A DNA stretch of 64,000 nt from Escherichia coli (GCF_003334765.1 NZ_QOWT01000010.1); one strand, 5' to 3'. Shown: positions 1 through 12,371, numbered from the stretch's first letter. Notes: generated from the sequence alone by a model not told the origin. Program-made: numbers and translations.

Positions 1-1
1 G

Positions 2-607
<606 letters not shown>

Positions 608-612
608 ATAAA

Positions 613-645
613 CGGGAGGCGAAGGTGCCTCCCGTTTTGCTTTCT
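613..645. terminator. Bidirectional intrinsic terminator between convergent envZ and pckA
   Basis: GC stem cgggaggc / gcctcccg with 6-nt loop, followed by tttt on + strand and A-run on the other side. Confidence 0.6.
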
Positions 646-682
646 ATAAGATACTGGATAGATATTCTCCAGCTTCAAATCA

Positions 683-2305
683 TTACAGTTTCGGACCAGC
701 CGCTACCAGCGCGGCACCCGCAGGGGTGTCGGTGTATTTATCGAAGTTGTCGATAAACAGTTTCGCCAGGGTTTCGGCTTTTTCCTGCCACTGTTCCGGA
801 GAAGCGTAGGTGTTACGCGGATCGAGAATCTTCGTGTCTACGCCCGGCAGTTCGGTTGGGATCGCCAGGTTAAACATCGGCAGAGTGAAGGTTTCTGCAT
901 TATCCAGCGAACCGTTGAGGATGGCGTCGATAATGGCGCGGGTATCTTTAATCGAGATACGTTTGCCAGTGCCGTTCCAGCCAGTGTTAACCAGATAAGC
1001 CTGCGCGCCCGCCGCCTGCATACGTTTCACCAGCACTTCTGCGTACTGAGTCGGGTGCAGCGACAGGAATGCCGCGCCGAAGCAAGCGGAGAAGGTTGGC
1101 GTCGGTTCGGTGATGCCACGCTCAGTACCGGCCAGTTTGGCGGTGAAGCCAGAGAGGAAGTGATACTGGGTTTGATCGGCAGTCAGGCGAGAAACCGGCG
1201 GCAACACGCCGAAAGCATCAGCAGTCAGGAAGATAACCTTAGTCGCGTGGCCCGCTTTGGAAACCGGCTTAACAATGTTATCGATGTGATAGATCGGATA
1301 AGAAACGCGGGTGTTCTCGGTTTTTGAACCATCATCAAAGTCGATAGTGCCATCTTCACGCACGGTGACGTTTTCCAGCAACGCATCACGACGGATAGCG
1401 TTGTAGATTTCAGGTTCCGCTTCTTTCGACAGCTTGATAGTTTTTGCGTAGCAGCCGCCTTCGAAGTTAAACACGCCGTCATCGTCCCAGCCGTGTTCGT
1501 CATCGCCAATCAGGCGACGTTTCGGGTCGGTGGAAAGGGTGGTTTTACCGGTGCCGGAAAGGCCGAAGAACACCGCAACATCGCCTTTCTCACCAACGTT
1601 GGCGGAGCAGTGCATAGAAGCGATACCTTTCAGCGGCAGCAGGTAGTTCATCATCGAGAACATCCCTTTCTTCATTTCGCCGCCGTACCAGGTGCCGCCA
1701 ATCAGCTGCATGCGCTCGGTCAGGTTAAACGCCACGAAGTTTTCGGAGTTGAGACCCTGTTCTTTCCACTGCGGGTTAGTGCACTTCGCGCCGTTCATAA
1801 CGATAAAGTCTGGTTTGAAACCTGCCAGTTCTTCATCGCTCGGGCGAATAAACATGTTTTTGACAAAATGCGCCTGCCAGGCCACTTCGGTGATGAAACG
1901 GACGGAAAGACGAGTATCCGGGTTCGCACCACAGAAAGCGTCGACAACGAACAGACGTTTGCCGGAAAGCTGCCTGGTCACCAGGCCTTTCAGATGCTGC
2001 CAGGTTTCCGGAGAGAGAGGTTTGTTGTCGTTCTTACCTTTGCCTTTGTCTGCCCACCAGAAAGTATCGCGAGTGGTATCGTCACGGACGATATACTTAT
2101 CTTTTGGTGAACGACCGGTGAAGATCCCGGTATCGACGGCAACGGCACCCAGATTAGTTAACACCCCGCGCTCATAACCTGTCAGGCTCGGATCGAGCTC
2201 TTCCTGATACAGCAGGTCGTAGCTTGGGTTGTAAACGATATCATGTACGTCACTGATACCATAAGCCTCGAGTTCTTGCGGGGTCAAACCATTGTTAACG
2301 CGCAT
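683..2305 (-). CDS. pckA: Phosphoenolpyruvate carboxykinase (ATP)
   Basis: ORF track gives 563 aa; trimmed to internal ATG ([10 protein letters not shown]...) for 540 aa; P-loop GLSGTGKTT present. Confidence 0.93.
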   Translation of the reverse strand: MRVNNGLTPQELEAYGISDVHDIVYNPSYDLLYQEELDPSLTGYERGVLTNLGAVAVDTGIFTGRSPKDKYIVRDDTTRDTFWWADKGKGKNDNKPLSPETWQHLKGLVTRQLSGKRLFVVDAFCGANPDTRLSVRFITEVAWQAHFVKNMFIRPSDEELAGFKPDFIVMNGAKCTNPQWKEQGLNSENFVAFNLTERMQLIGGTWYGGEMKKGMFSMMNYLLPLKGIASMHCSANVGEKGDVAVFFGLSGTGKTTLSTDPKRRLIGDDEHGWDDDGVFNFEGGCYAKTIKLSKEAEPEIYNAIRRDALLENVTVREDGTIDFDDGSKTENTRVSYPIYHIDNIVKPVSKAGHATKVIFLTADAFGVLPPVSRLTADQTQYHFLSGFTAKLAGTERGITEPTPTFSACFGAAFLSLHPTQYAEVLVKRMQAAGAQAYLVNTGWNGTGKRISIKDTRAIIDAILNGSLDNAETFTLPMFNLAIPTELPGVDTKILDPRNTYASPEQWQEKAETLAKLFIDNFDKYTDTPAGAALVAAGPKL

Positions 2306-2683
2306 TTCACTGCTCCTTAGCCAATATGTATTGCCTGAATAGTAAAGTCTTTTTGGGGGTGTTAACCGCGACAAGGCTCATAGATTTACGTATCTGGAGA
2401 AATTCATATTTGACAAAAAACTCCGTGATTCCTGTCACGAAACGGTTGCTATTATCGCAGAAATAGCATTTTAGGTGTGGAAAATGTTCTCAAAAGGTTA
2501 AATCTTGGTTTATATGGCGGGAATATTGTGAGTGGAATCGCATTCCTGAATGAAATTGATGCAAATTCAACCGGTAAAGTATCGATTCACCACGCTAACT
2601 TTTTTTGATTATTTTCTGAAAAAAGCAAAATACTACTGCCCGGATGCGATAATTAACCCACCTTTTGATTCTGGATAACCAAC

Positions 2684-4408
2684 ATGGATAACGTTGAACT
2701 TTCACCCGCAACACGCTGGGGGATGATTGCTACCGGATTACTTCAGGGTCTGGTTTGCTACCTGCTGATCGCCTGGCTTTCCGGAAAAAATCACAGTTGG
2801 ATTGTTTATGGCGTGCCTGCGACCGTCGCGTTTTCATCCGTTTTACTCTTCTCCGTGATCTCTTTTAAACAGAAGCGCCTTTGGGGATGGCTGGCGCTAG
2901 TGTTTATTGCCACGCTGGGGATGAGCGGCTGGCTGAAGTGGCAAACTGATGGCATGAACCCCTGGAGAGCTGAAAAGGCGCTTTGGGATTTTGGTTGCTA
3001 TCTGCTGTTGATGGCAATGTTGTTGCTACCGTGGATACAACAAAGCCTTCGCATCCGCAATGACAGTAGCCGCTATCGCTATTTTTACCAGTCAGTATGG
3101 CATAACGTACTTATATTACTGGTGATTTTTCTCGCCAATGGCTTGACGTGGCTGGTGCTTTTACTGTGGAGTGAGTTGTTTAAACTTGTTGGCATCACGT
3201 TTTTCAATACGCTCTTTTTTGCAACCGACTGGTTTATTTATCTCACGTTAGGTCTGGTTACCGCGCTGGCGGTGATCCTCGCGCGAACACAGTCACGTTT
3301 AATCGACTCTATTCAAAAGTTGTTCACGTTAATCGCCACGGGGTTGCTGCCGTTAGTATCATTGCTAACCCTGATGTTTATCATCACCCTGCCGTTTACG
3401 GGCCTGAGCGCGATTTCTCGCCACATCTCCGCCGCCGGGTTGCTGTTGACGCTGGCCTTTTTGCAATTGATCTTAATGGCTATTGTCCGCGATCCGCAAA
3501 AAGCGTCACTTCCCTGGACAGGGCCGTTGCGTTGCCTGATTAAAACCGCTTTGCTGGTTGCTCCGCTGTATGTGTTCGTCGCCGCCTGGGCGTTATGGCT
3601 GCGGGTCGCTCAGTACGGCTGGACTGTCGACCGCTTGCAGGGCGTGCTGGCGGTGCTGGTGTTACTGGTGTGGTCGCTGGGGTATTTTGTCAGCATCGTC
3701 TGGCGTAAAGGGCAAAATCCCGTTGTTCTTCAGGGCAAAGTGAACCTTGCGGTTTCGTTATTGGTGTTGGTGATACTGGTGCTTCTTAATTCGCCGGTGC
3801 TGGACAGTATGCGCATTAGCGTGAACAGCCATATGGCGCGTTATCAGAGCGGCAAAAACACGTCAGACCAGGTAACTATCTACATGCTCGAGCAGAGCGG
3901 TCGCTATGGACGTGCTGCGCTTGAGTCGCTGAAAAGCGATGCCGGGTTTATGAAAGACCCGAAACGCGCGCGGGATCTGCTGATGGCGTTAGATGGAGAG
4001 CAACATCTTCAGCAACAGGTATCGGAAAAAGTATTAGCCGATAATGTGTTAATTGCCCCTGGTTCTGTTAAACCTGATGCGACATTCTGGTCGGCCTTAA
4101 TCCAGGATCGCTATAACGTGATGACCTGTATTGAAAAAGACGCCTGCGTCCTGGTCGAGCAAGATCTGAATAGTGATGGTCAGGCGGAGCGGATCCTGTT
4201 TGCTTTTAATGATGACAGAGTCATTGTCTATGGCTTTGACTCAGACAGAAAAGAATGGGACGCGCTTGATATGAGTTTACTTCCGAACGAAATAACGAAA
4301 GAAAAATTACTCACAGCTGCGAAGGATGGAAAACTGGGGACGAAGCCTAAAGCGTGGCGCGATCTTGTAGTGGATGGTGAAAGGCTGAATGTGAATCTGA
4401 ATGAGTGA
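2684..4408 (+). CDS. yhgE: Inner membrane protein of unknown function, many predicted TM helices
   Basis: 574 aa ORF, strongly hydrophobic N-terminal two thirds; recognised as YhgE. Confidence 0.85.
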
Positions 4409-4430
4409 CAAAGCGCATCAGGTGTATTAG

Positions 4431-4462
4431 TCGTAAAATCCGGCAGAGCCCTCTCTGCCGGA
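4431..4462 (-). terminator. Intrinsic terminator downstream of hslO
   Basis: Minus-strand hairpin ccggcagag...ctctgccgg followed by a U-rich tract. Confidence 0.5.
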
Positions 4463-4470
4463 CATACTCA

Positions 4471-5349
4471 TTAATGAACTTGCGGATCTGCCGGAGACGC
4501 GTTGTTGCGGATTTCAGCAATATCCATCGCATTGAACAGATAGTGGTTACCGCAGTAATCACAATGCATGTCAATTTCGCCATCTTCCGCCAGGATGCTA
4601 TCAACTTCTTCATCAGGCAGCGTTTTCAGCGCATCGGCGCAACGTTCACGCGAGCAGGTGCATTTGAACTCCACATCCTGCGGATCGTAAACCGTCACCT
4701 CTTCTTCGTGATACAAACGCCACAACACTTCGTTTGCCGGTAAGGTCAGCAGTTCTTCGGTTTTGATGGTTTCGGTTAGCGTCGCCAGGTGGTCAAAGTC
4801 GTCCTGCTGGGCATTTTGCGCAGGCATTACCTGCAACAACATACCGCCTGCAGCCGGTTTGCCGTCTACGTCGCCGGTGCGAATAAACAGGCGCGTCGGC
4901 AGCTGTTCAGAACGCATAAAGTAATCTTCCAGGCAGGCCGCCAGGGTATCACCTTCCAGACCAACTACGCCCTGATAGCGTTCGCCTTCGCTCGGGGTAA
5001 TGGTGATCACCACGTAACCATTGCCGACCAGCGTTTTCAGGTCGGCATTTTCTGGAATTTCGCCCTGCACGCGCGCCACACCGCGCATCTGCTGGTTATT
5101 GTTACCGTTAATAACCGCCAGATTCATCGGACCGTCGCCCTGCAGCTGTACGGTGATATCACCATCAAACTTCAGCGTAGCGGTTAACAGGCTGGTCGCA
5201 ACCAGCAGTTCTGCCAGCACGTTTTTAACGGGCTGCGGATAATCGTGGTTCTCAAGGATCTGTTGCAGGGTTTCCGAAACGGTTACCAGTTCGCCGCGCA
5301 CGGCAAAGTTTTCAAACAGATAGCGATGTAATTGGTCATGTTGCGGCAT
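4471..5349 (-). CDS. hslO: Redox-regulated chaperone Hsp33
   Basis: ORF 294 aa; MPQHDQLH start chosen (292 aa), alternative ATG two codons upstream at 5355; C-terminal zinc centre CxC...CxxC ([17 protein letters not shown]) visible. Confidence 0.9.
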   Translation of the reverse strand: MPQHDQLHRYLFENFAVRGELVTVSETLQQILENHDYPQPVKNVLAELLVATSLLTATLKFDGDITVQLQGDGPMNLAVINGNNNQQMRGVARVQGEIPENADLKTLVGNGYVVITITPSEGERYQGVVGLEGDTLAACLEDYFMRSEQLPTRLFIRTGDVDGKPAAGGMLLQVMPAQNAQQDDFDHLATLTETIKTEELLTLPANEVLWRLYHEEEVTVYDPQDVEFKCTCSRERCADALKTLPDEEVDSILAEDGEIDMHCDYCGNHYLFNAMDIAEIRNNASPADPQVH

Positions 5350-5373
5350 AATCATCTCTCTTGCAGGTGACAG

Positions 5374-5775
5374 TTATTCACTGTCGCCGTGTTTAAATCG
5401 TAACAGGTCGCGGCGCTCTTTTTTGTCCGGGCGTCGGTCCGGGTGCGGCATGGTTAAGGCATTAAGTTTACGTGCCAGCGCCATTTTTTCGCGTTTCTCT
5501 ACACTTTCCGCAGTCTCTTCATACAGCAAGGCTGCCTCGCTGGCGGGGCGACGCTGTTCAGTAATCGCCTTTACAATCACCGTGCGTTCGTCATTTCCCT
5601 GGCGCAGAGTGAGCGTGGCATTCAGCTCGACGATTTTGCTCGGCTTGCTGCGCTGCCCGTTGTAATGCACCTTACCGCCTTCAATCATTTCACGGGCCAG
5701 CGCGCGGGTTTTATAAAAACGGGCAGCCCATAGCCATTTATCCAGTCGAACCTCAACAGCAGGTTTCTCTTTCAT
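5374..5775 (-). CDS. hslR: Heat shock protein Hsp15 (ribosome-associated, S4-like RNA-binding)
   Basis: 133 aa basic ORF immediately upstream of hslO on the same strand. Confidence 0.9.
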   Translation of the reverse strand: MKEKPAVEVRLDKWLWAARFYKTRALAREMIEGGKVHYNGQRSKPSKIVELNATLTLRQGNDERTVIVKAITEQRRPASEAALLYEETAESVEKREKMALARKLNALTMPHPDRRPDKKERRDLLRFKHGDSE

Positions 5776-5785
5776 GGCGTCTCCT

Positions 5786-6454
5786 TCACATTAGCGAGGG
5801 GATCAGGCGGCGGTAGTCATTCAGTGACGGATGGCGTTGATACTGTTTCTCGGCAATCCCGGAATCAGGATTAGTCACGCCGAGGCAGTAACGAATACCA
5901 AATTGCGCGGCAGCATCGAGAATCGCTTCGCTGTCATCAATAAACAGCGTTCTTTCAGCTTTCAGACCCGTAGCTTCGGCCACCGCATGCCATAACCGCT
6001 GATCCTCTTTCGGATAACCAAATGTGTGGGTGGAAAGTAATAAATCAAGGTGTGCGTCCAGACCGGTATGCTCAAGTTTTACCGCCAGGTTGTGCGGATG
6101 CGCATTGGTGAGCAAAATTCGCTGCTTACCGCTGGCTTTCAGTGCCTCAAGAAACGGAATGGTATCTTCACGCAGTACGGCACGCGGTCCCATCTCGGTG
6201 GTCATCGCACAGATATCCAGACCCAGTTGCTCACTCCAGTAATCAAGACAGTACCAGTTTAGCGTATGCTGTACGTCGTGATATTGCTGGCGCATATATT
6301 CCATCGCTTCCTGTGGCGTAACCCCGTTTTTCGCGCCCCATGTTTCAGGCACCAGCTTTTGCCAGAAATAGTTATCGAAGGCGAGGTCGAGCAACGTGCC
6401 GTCCATATCCAGCAGAACGGTATCTACGTCCTGCCAGGCAATGTTGATATGCAT
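5786..6454 (-). CDS. yrfG: HAD-superfamily nucleotidase (GMP/IMP nucleotidase)
   Basis: ORF track 237 aa; trimmed to MHINIAWQ start (222 aa); HAD motif I DMDGTL present. Confidence 0.85.
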   Translation of the reverse strand: MHINIAWQDVDTVLLDMDGTLLDLAFDNYFWQKLVPETWGAKNGVTPQEAMEYMRQQYHDVQHTLNWYCLDYWSEQLGLDICAMTTEMGPRAVLREDTIPFLEALKASGKQRILLTNAHPHNLAVKLEHTGLDAHLDLLLSTHTFGYPKEDQRLWHAVAEATGLKAERTLFIDDSEAILDAAAQFGIRYCLGVTNPDSGIAEKQYQRHPSLNDYRRLIPSLM

Positions 6455-6518
6455 GAGGGAAATCTCCAGAGTGAAGCAATTTGCGCGACAGGGTAGCATA
6501 ACCTGCCGCGCAAACGTG

Positions 6519-8654
6519 TTATTCGATAAGGCTTTCTGAAGGGGTGATCAGTTGCGGGTTCAGGCAGCTTTCATAATAGGCCTGAATCTCCATCATGCGA
6601 GTGCGATGACGCTGGTAACGACGCCAGGCCTGTACGCCATTGTAAATGGCGCTACCCAGCATCGTCAGTAGCAGCAATGTGGTGCTGAGATAGCGCCACA
6701 GGCCGGAACGATCCGGGATCGGATGAAGGCCAATATGCTGCGTACCATTGGCGTCAGTGAAGATTTTTGTGACGATACCCTCGGCGTTAAACGGCGTATG
6801 CATCAGCATTTGTGCCAGTTTCTGGAAAGCGTTCCACTGTTCTTGCGGCGGGTAGTCGTAAAGTGATGCCGAAGGCCAGGGCTGATCAACAAAATCGCTG
6901 CCTTCGTCGCTGACAATCAGGAATCCGCCGGGGGCCGGACTGTTTAGTGATTGTGCCGCTCGCGCCGTTTCATGCGTGATAAACGGCGCGGTGGAGGTTG
7001 CCACCAGGTTATCCAGCGATTCCGCACTCACCGGGCGTAATAACACATTCACGCCATCGAGCTTCCCGGCGTTGGCGCGTTTTACCAGCGCGTCCCAGTC
7101 TTTACTGTTGCCGAGATTGACCAGCGCATTTTTCAGTCGCACACAGTCATCTTTGGCAGAACATAAATCCGCTGTCTTCAGTACAATGTCGCCAAAATCA
7201 TCAAGCAATACCATGCCGGATTTTTGAATTGCTGAACGTAATGAGGCACTGACGCGAGATTCATCTTCCGGTTTAGGGTGCAGCTGGCGATTAACTGCTT
7301 CAGTCAATGCCGTCGCTTTGTTGACCAGTTCAGATTCTGGTAATGGCAATGAGCGGGCGTCGTTCCAGATGATCTGCGAGCAGTCAAACGGTAAAAAAGG
7401 TGAATTGGTTTTCGCGCTCCAGGTTCCGGAAGTTCGAATATTACACATTCCCGTACCGCTAATACGCAATGTATCGCCTACCCGCACGCCAGCGTCAGCC
7501 AGTTGTTTTACGCTGGTGGCTTCAATGGTCTGCGCGCCTTTCATCCATGAGAGAGTGAATTTCAGCGGCATATCCAGCGGGATCCAGAATAACAGCATAA
7601 ACAGCACCAGCAGCGAGCCCGCAGCGATAATCGTACTGCGCAGCCAGTGCTGTAACGGAAAGTTTTTTACTTCATCATGCAGCGAAAGATATCGTCCCTG
7701 ACGCACTACATGGCGGTCGAGATAGATATCGATATCGGTTTGTTGACCGAGATCCTGAGCAATGTATGGCTGCCAGTGTGCGGGATAGACCAGGTCGATA
7801 ATACCGAGTGAAATATTGTTGATCTGTTCCTGATCGTTTTCGCCAAACAATCCCCAACGACGGGGTGTACCGCGCAGACAATGAATTTCCCGCAGGGAGG
7901 ATTTTGCCGGGGGCGCGAATAGCCCCCACAGACCTGCGCCCAGCAGCAGTAACGCGCCGCCTGCCAGCCACGGAACAAATACATCCGGGGTAATCAGGCA
8001 GAAAAAGAACATCAGGAAGGAGGCGACGATCAGCAACGCTTCACGCAGCCCGCGCGGACGACTCAGCGCATATTCTTCATGCGTTTCTTTGCGAATATTG
8101 AGTAGCTCGATTTGCTCACTCTCTTCCCCGCGAATCGACGCCTGCGTTGACGGAACAGGTTGCAAGGCATAGCTGCGAGTTTCCTGCATGTACTCCTGCA
8201 GCGTATGACCGTTGAGTGAAATAACCAGCGGCAGCGAATCGGTATGAATCAGTTCAACGGTATTCTCATCGTTGATGTACTGTTCCCAGAAAGGGGGCAG
8301 GTGGACTTCTACCGAATCGAGGTAGTAACGCCATTTATTCGGATCGTCGGTAGAGATGCCGTAACGCGTGATAGCGTGTGTCAGCATCATGACGTTGTTG
8401 CTTTCGGCATTCAGCGCCAGAGAGATCGGTGCCGCGCTGGCTCCCGTTGGGCCAGGCACCTGTAATACCTGCGTCAGGCTCTCAAGATAATTTTCAACGG
8501 CGCTACGTTCTTCAGGTGTGAGTTTACGCGTTTGCGCATCCGCGAAGGCGTTGGTCCAGGGCAGCTGACGCCGTCTGGATCGCACTTTTATCAGCCATCC
8601 CGCAAGTAGTGAGCAGGCCAGCAAAGCAGCTAAAAAAATCACAATGGTGCTCAT
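6519..8654 (-). CDS. igaA: Inner membrane protein IgaA, Rcs phosphorelay attenuator
   Basis: 711 aa ORF with N-terminal and internal TM segments; recognised as IgaA/YrfF. Confidence 0.9.
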   Translation of the reverse strand: MSTIVIFLAALLACSLLAGWLIKVRSRRRQLPWTNAFADAQTRKLTPEERSAVENYLESLTQVLQVPGPTGASAAPISLALNAESNNVMMLTHAITRYGISTDDPNKWRYYLDSVEVHLPPFWEQYINDENTVELIHTDSLPLVISLNGHTLQEYMQETRSYALQPVPSTQASIRGEESEQIELLNIRKETHEEYALSRPRGLREALLIVASFLMFFFCLITPDVFVPWLAGGALLLLGAGLWGLFAPPAKSSLREIHCLRGTPRRWGLFGENDQEQINNISLGIIDLVYPAHWQPYIAQDLGQQTDIDIYLDRHVVRQGRYLSLHDEVKNFPLQHWLRSTIIAAGSLLVLFMLLFWIPLDMPLKFTLSWMKGAQTIEATSVKQLADAGVRVGDTLRISGTGMCNIRTSGTWSAKTNSPFLPFDCSQIIWNDARSLPLPESELVNKATALTEAVNRQLHPKPEDESRVSASLRSAIQKSGMVLLDDFGDIVLKTADLCSAKDDCVRLKNALVNLGNSKDWDALVKRANAGKLDGVNVLLRPVSAESLDNLVATSTAPFITHETARAAQSLNSPAPGGFLIVSDEGSDFVDQPWPSASLYDYPPQEQWNAFQKLAQMLMHTPFNAEGIVTKIFTDANGTQHIGLHPIPDRSGLWRYLSTTLLLLTMLGSAIYNGVQAWRRYQRHRTRMMEIQAYYESCLNPQLITPSESLIE

Positions 8655-8973
8655 GCTTTCCCCATCTTACTTAGTCTGTCAGGCGTGGTCAGTCGCACCG
8701 GACACAATACATGATTCTGCGGTTGGCTATCGGCAAGCGTGGAGTTTAACTTGAGCATCATTAAGCACATCACAGTAACCGCTGATCATAGCAAACCCTC
8801 TGAAGGCGGAATATCAGCAAATTCCTGGAGTTATTTCAACCTATTGACTTTTAATTTGATTTGAGGACGATTATTTATTAAGTTACATAAATGTAAATAA
8901 CATGCAATTCACATTGCCGAAAGCGTGTCCGATATCGCACAATAACCGCTGATTTCACAGCATAGATCCCACG

Positions 8974-9534
8974 ATGAGCAAATCATTACAAAAACCCACC
9001 ATTCTGAATGTTGAAACTGTAGCCCGTTCCCGACTGTTTACCGTCGAGAGCGTGGATCTGGAGTTCAGCAATGGCGTGCGGCGTGTTTATGAACGAATGC
9101 GTCCAACCAACCGGGAAGCAGTGATGATTGTGCCGATTGTGGACGATCACCTGATCCTGATCCGCGAATACGCAGTGGGAACTGAATCCTACGAATTAGG
9201 TTTTTCGAAAGGATTAATTGATCCGGGTGAAAGCGTCTACGAAGCCGCTAACCGCGAGCTAAAAGAAGAGGTTGGATTTGGAGCGAACGATCTGACTTTT
9301 TTGAAGAAGCTCAGCATGGCACCGTCTTACTTTTCCAGCAAAATGAATATCGTGGTAGCGCAAGATCTCTACCCGGAATCACTGGAAGGCGATGAGCCAG
9401 AGCCGCTACCACAGGTGCGCTGGCCGCTGGCGCATATGATGGATTTGCTGGAAGACCCTGACTTCAATGAAGCGCGCAATGTCAGTGCGCTGTTCCTCGT
9501 GCGCGAATGGTTGAAAGGGCAGGGGCGAGTGTAA
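8974..9534 (+). CDS. nudE: Nudix hydrolase NudE (ADP-ribose-type compounds)
   Basis: 186 aa ORF with Nudix-box-like GLIDPGESVYEAANRELKEEVG. Confidence 0.9.
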   Translation: MSKSLQKPTILNVETVARSRLFTVESVDLEFSNGVRRVYERMRPTNREAVMIVPIVDDHLILIREYAVGTESYELGFSKGLIDPGESVYEAANRELKEEVGFGANDLTFLKKLSMAPSYFSSKMNIVVAQDLYPESLEGDEPEPLPQVRWPLAHMMDLLEDPDFNEARNVSALFLVREWLKGQGRV

Positions 9535-9546
9535 ATGCGTGAAGTT

Positions 9547-9571
9547 TGCCTGATGCACAATGTTTATCAGG
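9547..9571. repeat. Palindromic hairpin just downstream of nudE (possible terminator or REP-like element)
   Basis: gcctgatgcacaatgtttatcaggc is an inverted repeat gcctgat...atcaggc. Confidence 0.4.
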
Positions 9572-9615
9572 CTTATGGGGTTTCTGCAATTTATTGAGTT
9601 TTCACGATTTTGTTA

Positions 9616-9645
9616 GCCGGATAACGCGTTCACGCCGTATCCGGC
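9616..9645. repeat. REP-type palindromic unit
   Basis: gccggataacgcgttcacgccgtatccggc, the characteristic ccggat...atccgg palindrome of enterobacterial REP. Confidence 0.6.
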
Positions 9646-9673
9646 ATAAACAAGTGCACTTTGTCAGCAAACT

Positions 9674-9697
9674 GAAAAGGCGCCGAAGCGCCTTTTT
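9674..9697 (-). terminator. Intrinsic terminator downstream of mrcA
   Basis: Hairpin ggcgc-cgaa-gcgcc flanked by A-run and T-run (could act bidirectionally). Confidence 0.55.
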
Positions 9698-9699
9698 AA

Positions 9700-12252
9700 T
9701 CAGAACAATTCCTGTGCCTCGCCATTATCGATAATGGTCGTTCCCACCTCGTGCACTGCCTGTTGTGTCGGCTGCGTACCTTCGATGAAATACTCTTCGC
9801 GGCTGTTGCCACCATTAGCTAACTGCCCGGTGCTGCGATCGATATTCACCGTCACAATACCCGGTGGCGGCGTCAGCGGCTGCTCCGGCACACCTTCAAG
9901 AACGGCTTTCATATAAGCGTCCCATGCAGGCTGGGCACTCTTGGCACCGCCTTCGTAACCTGAGATCTGATCTTTAATCGCTCCGGAAGCCGTTGTATGA
10001 CCGAGATTACGACGGTGATCATCAAAGCCAATCCAGACCGAGGTCACAACGCCCGGACCGTAACCCGAGAACCACGCATCTTTCGAACTGTTAGTGGTCC
10101 CGGTTTTCCCGCCGATATCGCGACGCTGCAAATCACGACCTGCACGCCAGCCAGTACCCTGCCAGCCTGGCTCACCAAAGATATTGGTGTTCAAAGCACT
10201 CTTAATCAGGAATGCCAGCGGAGTGTTGATGACGTGCGGTGCGTACTCCTGCGCGCCAGTCTTCGCCACTAACGCCTGATTTGCCTGCTCCAGCTGCGGC
10301 ATTGGTACAGAAACATTCTGCTGCTCGCGGGAGATAGCGACATCTTCAACATCGTTATTTTCCAGCACGTTCGATTTCTGCGTATCACCGTAAATCACCG
10401 GAATATCGCATTCCGGGCAGGCTACTTTCGGTTTCGCTTCGAAAATCACGCCGCCCTGATCGTTTTCAATTTTGCTGATAAACCACGGGTCCACCAGGAA
10501 GCCGCCGTTCGCCATGACCGCGTAGCCGCGCGCCACCTGCATTGGGGTGAAGGACGCTGAACCCAGCGCCAGCGATTCGGTGTGGACAATGTTTTGTGCC
10601 GGGAAGCCGAAGCGTTGCAGATATTCTGCAGCGTAGTCGACGCCCATCGCCCGCATTGCGCGTACCATCACCACGTTTTTCGACTGACCCAGCCCCTGAC
10701 GTAAGCGAATTGGACCAGCATACTGCGGTGGTGAGTTCTTCGGCTGCCAGTCAGAACCGGCACTTGCATCCCAGCGAGAAATTGGCACATCGTTCAACAT
10801 ACTTGCCAGCGTCAGACCTTTATCCATCGCCGCGGTGTAGAGGAACGGTTTGATGTTGGAACCCACCTGACGCAGTGCCTGGGTGGCGCGGTTAAACTTG
10901 CTCTGATTGAAATCAAAGCCACCGACCAGCGCCATAACGGCACCGTTTTGCGGATTGATCGACACCAGCGCCGAGTTCACTTCCGGCACTTGTGCCAGCC
11001 ACCATGCATCGCCAACCTGACGAACCCAGATTTGCTGACCCGTTTGCAGAACATCGGTCACTTTACGCGGCGTCGGTCCTTGCTGAGTATCCGAACGGTA
11101 AGGACGCGCCCAGCGAACGCCTTCCATACTCAATGCGACGGTCGACCCGTCCGCCAGCATCGCCGTCGCTTGCTGAGGATTGGCGCTGGTGACTGCGGCA
11201 GGCAGCAGCGGACCATAGGTTGGCAGCGCCTTCAGCGTATCGGTAATCTTGTTGTTATCCCACGCCGACTCGCCCACTTTCCACAGCACATTTGCCGGGC
11301 CGCGATAGCCGTGGCGCATGTCGTAGTCCAGCACGTTATTACGTACCGCCTGCTGCGCGGCCTGCTGCACTTTGCGGGTGATGGTGGTGTAAATGCGATA
11401 ACCGTCTTCATAGGCACTTTCGCCATAACGGTTATACATCTCCTGGCGCACCATTTCGCTCAGGTACGGCGCAGAGAAAGCAATCTCCGGCGCGTGATAG
11501 TTAGCGTTAATCGCCTCAGTGCGTGTCTGATCGAACTGTTGTTGGGTGATATACCCTTCATCCAGCATCCGCGACAGCACGACGTTACGCCGCGCGACGG
11601 CACGATCCATCGAGTAGAGCGGGTTGAAGGTGGAAGGCGCTTTCGGCAGCCCGGCTATCACCGCCATTTCGTTCAGCGTCAGTTGGTCGACCGTTTTTCC
11701 GAAATAGACTTGTGCCGCAGCACCGACACCATAGGCGCGGTAACCAAGGTAAATCTTGTTCAGATAAAGCTCGAGGATCTCGTCTTTCGTCAGCAGCTGT
11801 TCAATGCGAATCGCGAGGAAGACTTCCTTAATCTTACGCATCAGCGTGCGTTCTGGACTGAGGAAGAAGTTTCTCGCCAGCTGCTGGGTAATGGTACTTG
11901 CCCCTTGTGACGCGTGACCGGAGAACAGCGCCACGCTTGCTGCACGGAAGATCCCCACCGGGTCAACGCCGTGATGCTCGTAGAAGCGGCTGTCTTCTGT
12001 CGCGATAAAGGCTTTCACCATCTCCGGTGGGATTTGATCCAACGTAACCGGAATACGACGTTTCTCACCGTATTGAGCAATCAGCTCGCCATCGGCGCTG
12101 TAAATCTGCATCGGAATTTGCAGGCGAACATCTTTTAATGTCGCCACATCCGGCAGTTGTGGCTCGATGTAGCGGTATAGGCCATAAATCGAGCCTGCTC
12201 CCAGCAGAATGCAACAGACTGCAAGGATCAAAAAATACTTTACGAACTTCAC
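9700..12252 (-). CDS. mrcA: Penicillin-binding protein 1A (bifunctional glycosyltransferase/transpeptidase)
   Basis: ORF track 858 aa; trimmed to GTG start at 12252 (..KFVKYFLIL..) for 850 aa; glycosyltransferase motifs (EDSRFYEH) and transpeptidase SxxK region present. Confidence 0.9.
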   Translation of the reverse strand: MKFVKYFLILAVCCILLGAGSIYGLYRYIEPQLPDVATLKDVRLQIPMQIYSADGELIAQYGEKRRIPVTLDQIPPEMVKAFIATEDSRFYEHHGVDPVGIFRAASVALFSGHASQGASTITQQLARNFFLSPERTLMRKIKEVFLAIRIEQLLTKDEILELYLNKIYLGYRAYGVGAAAQVYFGKTVDQLTLNEMAVIAGLPKAPSTFNPLYSMDRAVARRNVVLSRMLDEGYITQQQFDQTRTEAINANYHAPEIAFSAPYLSEMVRQEMYNRYGESAYEDGYRIYTTITRKVQQAAQQAVRNNVLDYDMRHGYRGPANVLWKVGESAWDNNKITDTLKALPTYGPLLPAAVTSANPQQATAMLADGSTVALSMEGVRWARPYRSDTQQGPTPRKVTDVLQTGQQIWVRQVGDAWWLAQVPEVNSALVSINPQNGAVMALVGGFDFNQSKFNRATQALRQVGSNIKPFLYTAAMDKGLTLASMLNDVPISRWDASAGSDWQPKNSPPQYAGPIRLRQGLGQSKNVVMVRAMRAMGVDYAAEYLQRFGFPAQNIVHTESLALGSASFTPMQVARGYAVMANGGFLVDPWFISKIENDQGGVIFEAKPKVACPECDIPVIYGDTQKSNVLENNDVEDVAISREQQNVSVPMPQLEQANQALVAKTGAQEYAPHVINTPLAFLIKSALNTNIFGEPGWQGTGWRAGRDLQRRDIGGKTGTTNSSKDAWFSGYGPGVVTSVWIGFDDHRRNLGHTTASGAIKDQISGYEGGAKSAQPAWDAYMKAVLEGVPEQPLTPPPGIVTVNIDRSTGQLANGGNSREEYFIEGTQPTQQAVHEVGTTIIDNGEAQELF

Positions 12253-12371
12253 TGGAAATTTCCCATTTAGTTTCATTTGGGCAGTTTATAAACAAACGCG
12301 CGGTAGTATAAAGGCAAGCCAGACGCATTGATATACCCGTCAGAGTGACGGGTGATAAGGAGATCATCACA

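Noticed and set aside
2306-2374. N-terminal extensions in the ORF track (pckA 563 aa, mrcA 858 aa, aroK 240 aa, frlA/B/C, frlR, yrfG, hofM, hofP, yhfY, yhfU, yheO, rpsL)
   Set aside because: In each case an internal ATG or GTG gives the familiar protein N-terminus and length. The upstream extensions are in-frame read-through of leader sequence, not real coding sequence.
9541-9660. Possible CRISPR-like or IS-like structure from repeated palindromes between nudE and mrcA
   Set aside because: Only single REP-type palindromes are present, with no regularly spaced direct repeats or terminal inverted repeats; consistent with ordinary REP and terminator elements.
10948-11910. 320-aa ORF on the plus strand antisense to mrcA (plus several shorter ones)
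   Set aside because: Arg/His/Gln-rich shadow ORFs inside a conserved gene.
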